Assembly: GCF_001194135.2 (NCBI RefSeq)
Contig: NC_068982.1
Coordinates: forward strand, 98,555,097-98,590,187
Length of the DNA: 35,091 bases
DNA from: Octopus bimaculoides
Taxonomy: Eukaryota
Reading direction: 5' to 3'
Positions 1 to 10,230 of this stretch are shown here, piece by piece. The notes beneath the pieces are model-generated. The model did not search any database and was not told where the DNA came from. It worked only from the letters and a program-made list of their open reading frames with translations. Made by a program: the position numbers and the translations under genes. Each line of letters opens with the position of its first letter. Positions within the stretch are counted from its first letter, which is position 1.

Positions 1-24
1 ATATATATATATATATATATACAC

Positions 25-59
<35 letters not shown>

Positions 60-74
60 TATATATATATACAC

Positions 75-105
<31 letters not shown>

Positions 106-170
106 TATACATATGCTTCCTTGCTGTCGTTTTTGTTGCTGTTGTTATCTGTGTTGTTGTCAACCATTAA

Positions 171-380
171 GCATGTGGCTTAATGGGTAGGGTAATCGGC
201 TCACGATCGTAACGCCACATTCTTGTCACATACTGTGTCACGTTGAATCTCCATGAGAACTACATTAGGGGTGCACGTGTCTGTGGAGTGCTCAGCCACT
301 TGCACGTTAATTTCACGAGCAGGCTCTTCCATTGATCGCATCAACGGGAACACTTGTCGTCGTGACCGACGGAGGACCAG
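171..380 (+). mobile_element. tRNA-derived SINE, diverged and internally deleted (family D here)
   Basis: Pol III A-box-like head GCATGTGGCTTAATGGGTAGGG followed by CTCACGATCGTAA, a motif also in the head of the SINE at 17935-18177. Body segment TGAATCTCCATGAGAACTAC resembles 26833-26850. Confidence 0.55.
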
Positions 381-533
381 TTATATTTATATTTGCCTTT
401 GCTGTTGTTGTTATTGTTGTAGATGTTGCAGATGTTCTTAATATTTTTGTTGTTGTTATTGTTGCTACTGCTGATGTTGTTATTCAAGAAATTGTTATTC
501 TTAAAGCTACAAGTGTTTCCTTTAAAGGCCGTT

Positions 534-694
<161 letters not shown>

Positions 695-809
695 AATTGA
701 TAGTCGTACCCTTTGTTATTATATGGAACTGAAATCATTATTTACGACATCAGTGTTTAGGATTGCTGTTTATGTAACCGCCCTACCTGGGAAGAGGAGA
801 AGAACGATG

Positions 810-839
810 AAGATAATGATGATGATGACAATAATGACA

Positions 840-870
<31 letters not shown>

Positions 871-1197
871 CGAAGACGATGATAATGGTGGTGATGATGA
901 TGCGGAGGAGGAGGAGGAGGAGGATAATGGCAGTGTTAAATGGTAATGGAGGTGTTAGGGGTAATAGTGTTGATTGATGAAGATAACTATGTCAGTGACG
1001 ATGACGTCGATAAGGATGATGATGATGATGATGATGATGACGATGATGATGATGATGACGATGATGATGACGATGATGATGATGATGATGACGATGACGA
1101 TGATGATGACGATGATGATGACGATGATGATGATGATGATGATGATGATGAATGATGATGATGATGATGATGATGAATGATGACGATGATGACGATC

Positions 1198-1228
<31 letters not shown>

Positions 1229-1498
1229 CAACATTGATGATGACAACATTGATGATGACAACATTGATGATGACNNNNNNNNNNNNNNNNNNNNNNNNNN
1301 NNNNNNNNNNNNNNNNNNNNNNNGATGATGATGATGGATGATGATGATGATGATGATGACGATGATGATGACGATGATGATGATGATGATGACGATGACG
1401 ATGATGATGACGATGATGATGACGATGATGATGATGATGATGATGATGATGAATGATGATGATGATGATGATGATGAATGATGACGATGATGACGATC

Positions 1499-1529
<31 letters not shown>

Positions 1530-1730
1530 CAACATTGATGATGACAACATTGATGATGACAACATTGATGATGACAACATTGATGATGACAACATTGATG
1601 ATGACGGCATTGCTGATGACGAAGAAGATGACAATGACGACGACGACGATGATGATGTGATGATGACAGCATTAATGATGATGATGATGACGATGACGAT
1701 GCTGACGACGACAACGGCGGTGATGATGAC
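810..1730. repeat. Compound (GAT/GAC)n microsatellite with a 12-bp GATGACAACATT minisatellite, interrupted by a 49-N gap
   Basis: Directly visible; the 12-mer occurs about 3 times before and about 4 times after the gap at 1275-1323. Confidence 0.95.
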
Positions 1731-2609
1731 GATGCAGTTTATTGTCATCGATGCATTCAACAAACACTGAGTCAAGCATATTGACCAAAGATAGTAAATT
1801 AGCTGTAGAAGGATATGGACGATGGTAGGGGGGGGGCATAGTGGCAGATGATAAAGAGAGAGAGAGGGAGAGAAAGGAAGGATAATGAGATGCATGGGAA
1901 AGAGAGAGAGAGAGAGAGAGAGATAAACTGCGGGTGAGTAAGAAAGAGAGGGAGAGAGAGAGAGAAAGTGAGAGACTGACAGACAGACAGACAGACAGAC
2001 AGACAGAAAGCGACTGTTGAATAACATTCGTAATCGCTCGTGACGTATTGTTATTGCTTGGATGTGCCAGCAGGAATCGATTGTGACATGCAACTTTATT
2101 TAATATATACTCTGTGTGTGTGTGCGTATATGTATATATATGTATGTGTGAATATATATNNNNNNNNNNNNNNNNNNNNNNNNNNNNNNNNNNNNNNNNN
2201 NNNNNNNNNNNNNNNNNNNNNNNNNNNNNNNNNNNNNNNNNNNNNNNNNNNNNNNNNNNNNNNNNNNNNNNNNNNNNNNNNNNNNNNNNNNNNNNNNNNN
2301 NNNNNNNNNNNNNNNNNNNNNNNNNNNNNNNNNNNNNNNNNNNNNNNNNNNNNNNNNNNNNNNNNNNNNNNNNNNNNNNNNNNNNNNNNNNNNNNNNNNN
2401 NNNNNNNNNNNNNNNNNNNNNNNNNNNNNNNNNNNNNNNNNNNNNNNNNNNNNNNNNNNNNNNNNNNNNNNNNNNNNNNNNNNNNNNNNNNNNNNNNNNN
2501 NNNNNNNNNNNNNNNNNNNNNNNNNNNNNNNNNNNNNNNNNNNNNNNNNNNNNNNNNNNNNNNNNNNNNNNNNNNNNNNNNNNNNNNNNNNNNNNNNNNN
2601 NNNNNNNNN

Positions 2610-2665
<56 letters not shown>

Positions 2666-2959
2666 GAGAGAGAGTGAGAGAGAGAGTGAGAGAGAGAGAG
2701 AGAAACAGATAGATAGACTGAGTGTGAGAGCGAGACACAGATAGCTGGGTATATAGATATAAATACATAAAGACATACTCATATGTATACCATACATACA
2801 TACATACATGTATGTGCATACGTTCGTATTAATGCTTGCATGTCTATGCCTGTGGTTGTACGCATGTGAGTATTTTTGTGTATGGCTGCGCGTTCGTCGG
2901 ATGTGTTTTGATGGACGCAATACTTGTTTACGTTTGATAATATCTTATATATTTTTTAT

Positions 2960-3162
2960 CTTTTAATTGTTTTCAGTCATTAGACTGAGGCCATGCTGGG
3001 GCAGAGAAATTTTAGTCGACCCCAGTACTTTTTCCTCATTTAAGCCTGGCACTTGTTCTATCATTCTCTTTTGCCGAACTGTTAAGTCACAGGGACATAA
3101 ACACACCACATTGATTATCAATTAGTGGTGGTGGACACACACACACACACAAACACACACAA

Positions 3163-3224
<62 letters not shown>
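2960..3224 (-). mobile_element. SINE family A, 3' half (tail to internal CA/TA microsatellite)
   Basis: Reverse complement matches the 3' half of the full copy at 29674-30082 (CTTAACAGTTCGGCAAAAGAGA, CAGCATGGCC, AATGACTGAAAACAA) and ends in the internal (CA)n(TA)n tract. Confidence 0.85.
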
Positions 3225-3225
<1 letters not shown>

Positions 3226-3388
3226 AGTATATTTGCCATCTAAATGTGGTGGTCCCATGGGAGACGATGCAACTGTTGTTTATAGCCCCAGGAAGACATC
3301 TCTTCTAGCTGGTTAACGACACACTGTCTGTGTCCGATCAGTATTTGCGAAGAGGAATCATCGTTCCCATCTCTAACCTTACGTGATA

Positions 3389-3433
3389 CGCACGGATCCG
3401 GGTTTCTGGGTAAGAACCCCTCATCAGCGTGTG
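3389..3433 (-). ncRNA. Minimal type I hammerhead-ribozyme-like motif, degenerate
   Basis: Minus strand reads CACACG-CUGAUGA-GGGG UUCUUA CCCA-GAAA-CCCGG-AUC-CGUGCG. Core, stem II (GGG/CCC) and stem I (CACACG/CGUGCG, one mismatch) are present, with deviations at the 10.1/11.1 and 15.2/16.2 pairs. Confidence 0.5.
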
Positions 3434-4063
3434 ACAACAGTAGCATCGTCCGATATGGGCCAGCCACATTTAGGTGGCAAATATACTTCACGATGTTGTG
3501 CTGCTACTCTTTACAACTCGCTCAGAAATTTATTATTGCTTGTTTCCATTTTTTCGAGTTCAGCGACGGTTTGTCACTGGAAAAAGCATATAGTATTTTG
3601 CGTTTGGAATCAGTTCTCATTCCTAGCTGGTGATTGTCACGCTGATGTGAGTTGTGACTTTTTGTTTGAATTTCTGAATTGTTGAATTGCGGAATTGTTG
3701 AGTTGATGTGTTGTTGAATTGTTGAATTATTGAATGTTGTATTGCATTTGTGAAATTGTTGAAGATTTTGTTTGGCTTTCNNNNNNNNNNNNNNNNNNNN
3801 NNNNNNNNNNNNNNNNNNNNNNNNNNNNNNNNNNNNNNNNNNNNNNNNNNNNNNNNNNNNNNNNNNNNNNNNNNNNNNNNNNNNNNNNNNNNNNNNNNNN
3901 NNNNNNNNNNNNNNNNNNNNNNNNNNNNNNNNNNNNNNNNNNNNNNNNNNNNNNNNNNNNNNNNNNNNNNNNNNNNNNNNNNNNNNNNNNNNNNNNNNNN
4001 NNNNNNNNNNNNNNNNNNNNNNNNNNNNNNNNNNNNNNNNNNNNNNNNNNNNNNNNNNNNNNN

Positions 4064-5206
4064 AAGTGGTAAGCGTTGGGGAGGTGGAGGAGTATTTGAG
4101 GACGTGAAGGAGGTAACGACATTCTGTAGCAGAGGAGGAAGATTTGGCGTGGTGGAGCAACGCTTCATTGATGAGATCGAAGCGGGGAGGTGCTCCTCCG
4201 TAGCCCTGGGATCGGTACGGTGGGCACTCTTATCTGCTTGCTGTAACAGACGCGCGGCCGGAGTAGGGATGGGAGAGTGCCGCCCGAAATTGGCGAGGAG
4301 TGGCTTGTGGCAGCCATCCTCTACGGTAGGGGGGAGAAGGCAGAGATGCTGAAGATGTCGAGGACAACGGGAGTCGGCTGGTGGGGGTGTGGCCTGGAGG
4401 TGATGGTACATATCGGTCTGCCTGACCTCCACAAAATTGTGGGAGAGATGGTCCTACCCGACGAGGCTACATTGAGAATCATGGTGGAGGGCGGACCGCC
4501 GATATGTTTCGAATGTGGAGTGGGGGCACATGAAGGCGGGGTGTCCCCAGAAACACGAACGAGAGGTGGAGTGCCAGAAGGAATCCAATGTAGTGGCTGA
4601 GAGGAGAACAGTTCACTGAGGTGGAGAGGAGATGAGAGGAAGTGGTGAATCCCTTCCAAGAGGAAAGGAAAGAGGAAGAAATGAAGGGAAAGAGGAAGAA
4701 ATGAAGCAGCGGGAGTTCGAACACGGGAGCCGGAGCCTTCAGCGAATGAGGAGGAGGAGGGACAGAAGGAGCTGGAAGACGAGCAACAGAGCGAAATGGA
4801 AATGCCAGCGCTGGTGACAGAGGGTGAAGAGGGAGTGTTACCCAAAGGAAAACATGAAGGACTGATAGTGATGTACGCGAAAGGTGTTGAAATGGAAAAG
4901 CGAGTTGCAAAAATGAAAGGTGTAATAAGAGAGAGATTGTCAGAAAAGGAGAATAAAAACCTGAAAGCAGTGTTGCTGGATGACGAAGGAGCGGCTGGAC
5001 TGACAGAGATATTCGGAAGCAGAATGGACAATATACCGTATCGGGTTCGATACGATGTATTACCACCAGTGGTAAATTTTGCAGATCTAAATATGTTTGG
5101 GGGGGGATATACACGATATAAACTGAATTGTAAAAACAGCAAAATGGAACTTCTACTTTGTGGGGTAGAAAACCATTTCATCATCATAATTTTTCACACC
5201 TCATAA
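4064..5206 (+). pseudogene. Frameshifted retroelement ORF1/Gag-like protein (RRM-like segment, CCHC zinc knuckle, acidic linker, unknown C-terminal domain)
   Basis: Spliced frames give ...GVGMGE/VPPEIGEEWLVAAILYG...LRIMVEGGPPICFECGVG/HMKAGCP. A CX2CX4HX4C knuckle (4505-4544) is restored by adding 2 nt to the G-run at 4522-4526. The distal 136-aa frame 4796-5206 is open. The purine-rich composition is distinct from the flanks. Confidence 0.75.
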
Positions 5207-5546
5207 TTCATTCGTAAATCATTCTATGTACCCCACGTTTGTCCTTGTAATGTCCTTTCTATATTAAGGCTTTATCCCTATAATAAAGAGAAAAGCTGGT
5301 GATTGTTATTACCAAGAAACCAGGATTCGTGAGTATCACGTAAGGCTACTGATGGAAACTATGATTTCCCTTCGCAAATACTGATCGTAAATACAGTTTG
5401 TCGTTAGCCAGCTGGAGGAGATGTCTTCCTAGGGCTATAAATTACAGTAGCATCGTCCCATATGGGTCAGCTACATTTAGGTGGCAAACGTACTTCACGA
5501 TGTCGTGCTGCTACTGTTTACATCTCGCTCAGAAATTTATTATTGC

Positions 5547-5700
5547 CTATATATATATGTATACGATGAGCTTCTTTCAGTTTCCGCCTATAAAATCTAC
5601 CCCTAAGGCTCTGGTCTGTGGTTATATAGTGGAAGACACCCAAGGTGTCATGCAATGGGACTGAAACCGGAACTACACGACCATGCCTTCGCCTGTATTA
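5547..5700 (-). mobile_element. SINE family A, 5' half (continuation of 2960-3224)
   Basis: TATATATGTATACGATGAGCTTCTTTCAGTTTCCG...GAAGACAC...GGGACTGAAACCGGAAC is the reverse complement of the head and core of copy 29674-29850. Confidence 0.85.
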
Positions 5701-5992
5701 TTATATATCATATATAATTATATATTACTGATTGTATATTCGAAAGAATTTCATTCAGTCAGTCACTACAAAGTGCTTCTCACTACGTGCGATCGATCGA
5801 GCAACACTGATTAATACACATCGTCATCATTGTTTTTTTTTTCCGACTTTTCTATGCTTCCAAGGTCAGACGGTTTTTGTTGAGGCAGCTTTTCTACAGT
5901 CAGATGCAGGACGGGATTAAGAACCACAGAGGCCTTAAGCACTCAAAAGATTTTGGTGCTCGAAAGAAGCCAGTTCTATGTATGTATGTATG

Positions 5993-6045
<53 letters not shown>

Positions 6046-6914
6046 NNNNNNNNNNNNNNNNNNNNNNNNNNNNNNNNNNNNNNNNNNNNNNNNNNNNNNN
6101 NNNNNNNNNNNNNNNNNNNNNNNNNNNNNNNNNNNNNNNNNNNNNNNNNNNNNNNNNNNNNNNNNNNNNNNNNNNNNNNNNNNNNNNNNNNNNNNNNNNN
6201 NNNNNNNNNNNNNNNNNNNNNNNNNNNNNNNNNNNNNNNNNNNNNNNNNNNNNNNNNNNNNNNNNNNNNNNNNNNNNNNNNNNNNNNNNNNNNNNNNNNN
6301 NNNNNNNNNNNNNNNNNNNNNNNNNNNNNNNNNNNNNNNNNNNNNNNNNNNNNNNNNNNNNNNNNNNNNNNNNNNNNNNNNNNNNNNNNNNNNNNNNNNN
6401 NNNNNNNNNNNNNNNNNNNNNNNNNNNNNNNNNNNNNNNNNNNNNNNNNNNNNNNNNNNNNNNNNNNNNNNNNNNNNNNNNNNNNNNNNNNNNNNNNNNN
6501 NNNNNNNNNNNNNNNNNNNNNNNNNNNNNNNNNNNNNNNNNNNNNNNNNNNNNNNNNNNNNNNNNNNNNNNNNNNNNNNNNNNNNNNNNNNNNNNNNNNN
6601 NNNNNNNNNNNNNNNNNNNNNNNNNNNNNNNNNNNNNNNNNNNNNNNNNNNNNNNNNNNNNNNNNNNNNNNNNNNNNNNNNNNNNNNNNNNNNNNNNNNN
6701 NNNNNNNNNNNNNNNNNNNNNNNNNNNNNNNNNNNNNNNNNNNNNNNNNNNNNNNNNNNNNNNNNNNNNNNNNNNNNNNNNNNNNNNNNNNNNNNNNNNN
6801 NNNNNNNNNNNNNNNNNNNNNNNNNNNNNNNNNNNNNNNNNNNNNNNNTTTCTCATGGCCAGACATGTTCTCGCAGAATACTGGAAGTCAAAGATACTAC
6901 TTGAAGATTCATGA

Positions 6915-6981
<67 letters not shown>

Positions 6982-7793
6982 GAGTATACAAAAAATTACA
7001 AGATTGTTCGGTAGGACTGAATACGGTTCTATGTGGTTGCGAAGCAAACATTGTAAACATTTGGCCATTTGTATGTATGTGTGTATGTATGTTTGTATGT
7101 ATGTATGTTTGTATGTATGTATGTATGTATGTATGTATGTATGTATGTATGTATCAAAGGTACAACAGAAAGAATAAAACAAACAGAAACCATCAAAACA
7201 CAACATGCGGGAAAAAGGACGATAGCACGACAACGGGGCAAAACAAGATACACAGGTCATTCGCAGCCAGTTGCTTCTTCAGTCGGAATCCGGAATGTCT
7301 TCGTAGTTTCACACACTTATCTCCGATACTACTCGAAACCGGCTGGGCGAGGGACTAAAAGCATTAAGCTTCGGGGAAAGGCAAACGAATGTACATATAG
7401 AAAACAAATAAGTAAACAACAGAAGGGGTGTTTCGACTACCGGTTGAACGTAACATATGAAATAGAGCTATACATTTACAATGGACAAACGCCTTTCGGC
7501 TATACAACAGAAGGAAAGTAATTATACAATTACAACAAATATAAAACAAAACAAACGGTCTTTCGACTATCAGACGAGTGTAGTAAACTAACGCAAGAAA
7601 AATGGAAACGGAAAAATCTTAACAGACTGGACGGCAGGACAGAACAGAACAGACGCGATGTGATGTGATGTTGTGTGGTATGGTGGTGTATGGTGTTGTG
7701 GTGAGTGGTGTGGTGTGAGGTGAGAGTGGAGAAAGCAAAGGGTGTGGGTTAGGCTGAAGGTGGGGTTAGAGGTGGGATATGTGGGAGTGGGTT

Positions 7794-8173
7794 AGAAGGT
7801 ACACGAAGCAATAGCTTGCTAGAAAGTGGAAGTAACCGCCCCACCCCAACTTAACCACCAATCTTACTGAAAATATGCAACGGACCAACAGAAATCGGGC
7901 AAAGGAGCGGAATTTAACATACTATCTCAGTTATAAACGTAACGGATTTACGAGGCGAGATGGGTGGAGAATTGAGGCACTAACCAGAATTCGAAATCAT
8001 GATCCAGGTATATCTGTTACCCAATTCTACGGCTTTTTAGCTGAGATAGTATGTTAAATTCCGCTCGTTTGCCAGATTTCTGTTGGTCCGTTGCATATTT
8101 TCATTGAGATTGGTGGTTAAGCTGGGGGGCTTTATTTCCACTTTCTAGCAAGATGGTGCTTCGTGTACCTTCT
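7794..8173. mobile_element. Palindromic MITE-like or foldback element with ~137-bp inverted arms
   Basis: 7794-7930 is the reverse complement of 8041-8173 at roughly 88-90% identity by eye, with a ~110-bp spacer. No clear TSD. Confidence 0.7.
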
Positions 8174-9355
8174 CATATAATTATGAATTCACTGTATAGC
8201 TGTTTAATGCTAATATCGCTTGTTATCACTAATGCTATTATTGTTGTTATTATCAATTATTTAGATTTGCTACTGATAATGATAATAATAATAATAGAAT
8301 CTTTACGAATATTCATTTGAACATTTACTCAATATATATATATATATATANNNNNNNNNNNNNNNNNNNNNNNNNNNNNNNNNNNNNNNNNNNNNNNNNN
8401 NNNNNNNNNNNNNNNNNNNNNNNNNNNNNNNNNNNNNNNNNNNNNNNNNNNNNNNNNNNNNNNNNNNNNNNNNNNNNNNNNNNNNNNNNNNNNNNNNNNN
8501 NNNNNNNNNNNNNNNNNNNNNNNNNNNNNNNNNNNNNNNNNNNNNNNNNNNNNNNNNNNNNNNNNNNNNNNNNNNNNNNNNNNNNNNNNNNNNNNNNNNN
8601 NNNNNNNNNNNNNNNNNNNNNNNNNNNNNNNNNNNNNNNNNNNNNNNNNNNNNNNNNNNNNNNNNNNNNNNNNNNNNNNNNNNNNNNNNNNNNNNNNNNN
8701 NNNNNNNNNNNNNNNNNNNNNNNNNNNNNNNNNNNNNNNNNNNNNNNNNNNNNNNNNNNNNNNNNNNNNNNNNNNNNNNNNNNNNNNNNNNNNNNNNNNN
8801 NNNNNNNNNNNNNNNNNNNNNNNNNNNNNNNNNNNNNNNNNNNNNNNNNNNNNNNNNNNNNNNNNNNNNNNNNNNNNNNNNNNNNNNNNNNNNNNNNNNN
8901 NNNNNNNNNNNNNNNNNNNNNNNNNNNNNNNNNNNNNNNNNNNNNNNNNNNNNNNNNNNNNNNNNNNNNNNNNNNNNNNNNNNNNNNNNNNNNNNNNNNN
9001 NNNNNNNNNNNNNNNNNNNNNNNNNNNNNNNNNNNNNNNNNNNNNNNNNNNNNNNNNNNNNNNNNNNNNNNNNNNNNNNNNNNNNNNNNNNNNNNNNNNN
9101 NNNNNNNNNNNNNNNNNNNNNNNNNNNNNNNNNNNNNNNNNNNNNNNNNNNNNNNNNNNNNNNNNNNNNNNNNNNNNNNNNNNNNNNNNNNNNNNNNNNN
9201 NNNNGTGTGTGTGTGTGTAAATGTGTGGGTCATATACGGATTGCAATTTTAATAGATTTCTTATGTGCAAAACTCCTTTAAATTCACTTATTTAAGAAAA
9301 TCATATATTTGCAAATTAAAAAGATTGAAGATAATGTGTTTGTTTGTGAGCGTGA

Positions 9356-9375
9356 AAGAAAGAAAGAAAGAAGGA

Positions 9376-9430
<55 letters not shown>

Positions 9431-9470
9431 GAATAAAGAAAGAAAGAAAGAAAGGAATAAAGAAAGAAAG
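9356..9470. repeat. (GAAA)n microsatellite
   Basis: Directly visible, with GGAATAAA interruptions. Confidence 0.95.
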
Positions 9471-9914
9471 ATCAATATATGTACTCAACATTTTTATATT
9501 AGCAAGTTAGAGAGGTTTTGGGAGGTTTTTTTTGTCACGGTGTTCTCCATACTAGCTTTTATTTGATTGTTATATAAAATTTATTTATGGAAAAGTTTCC
9601 GTTTTTGTCTCTTGATTTCCGTAGCAATCTTGTCTCGGATGTTTGTGTGTTTCGTCTAACTGGGGAACGAGATATACATCTACGTAGAGAGCGTTGACTT
9701 ATAAGTCATTCACACTGCGACCGCCACTGCCACACATCTTAAAAAGTACATGAGTTTTAGATTTTGTGAGCGTGAGAATCATGTCTAATCTATTTCGTGT
9801 ATATTTAGTTGTGTTAATAGCAACAACTACTATACAACAATAATAACAACAACAACAATAATAATAATAACAATATTTTAATATATCTCAAGAGTTCAAC
9901 ACTATATTTATTTC

Positions 9915-9975
9915 ATTTTCATTTTTCATTTTATCCAGTTTCAGCTCATGAGCTGTGGCCATGCTGGGGCACCGC
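9915..9975 (-). mobile_element. SINE family A, 3' end fragment
   Basis: TTTCAG...GGCCATGCTGGGGCACCGCC matches the reverse complement of the family tail (GGTGCTCCAGCATGGCC); followed by (TTTA)n. Confidence 0.6.
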
Positions 9976-10102
9976 CATTTATTTATTTATTCATTTATTT
10001 ATTTATTCATTTATTTATTTATTTATTTAAAGAAATGTAATTTTTACAAATGATTAAGTTTTACACATTTGCGAAAGAGAAGAAAGAGCGATATAAGTAT
10101 AT

Positions 10103-10230
10103 AGGCTCTGGCGTTGCTGTGCGGTAAGAACCTTGATTCCCAACCTCATGGTTCCGGGTTCAGTCCCACTGCGTAACACCTTGGGCAAGTGTCTTCTACT
10201 ATAGCCTTGGGCCGACCAACCCCCTGCTAG
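10103..10230 (+). mobile_element. SINE family A, 5' part running into a gap
   Basis: GCTGTGCGGTAAG...B-box-like GGTTCAGTCC...CCTTGGGCAAGTGTCTTCTACTATAGCC, homologous to 29674-29790. Confidence 0.88.

Larger units (their letters stand above)
3225..5546 (+). mobile_element. Composite non-autonomous retroelement with Penelope-like terminal repeats and an ORF1/Gag-like zinc-knuckle ORF, no RT seen
   Basis: 3225-3428 is an inverted copy of about 5295-5495, and 3434-3539 is a direct copy of about 5444-5546. The whole block lies between the two halves of one SINE. A 283-N gap (3781-4063) lies inside. Confidence 0.7.

Noticed and set aside
810-1730. CRISPR-like or coding acidic (poly-D) repeat
   Set aside because: It is a simple trinucleotide/12-mer array with no unique spacers, in eukaryotic context.
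3623-5187. Long minus-strand ORFs (3623-4432, 4321-5187, 4479-5114)
   Set aside because: They are antisense shadows of the purine-rich plus-strand ORF1-like sequence; the recognisable motifs are on the plus strand.
3225-5546. Interpretation as a DIRS/Ngaro tyrosine-recombinase element or an LTR retrotransposon
   Set aside because: The internal c-d copy is a direct repeat of the right end and lies next to the left repeat, unlike a DIRS ICR. There are no TG..CA LTR ends, PBS or recombinase. Not fully excluded.
7255-7575. Scattered CTGAAGA, CGAAACCGG and TTTCGACTA motifs suggesting further ribozymes
   Set aside because: I could not assemble a proper core with paired stems; possibly very old repeat debris.
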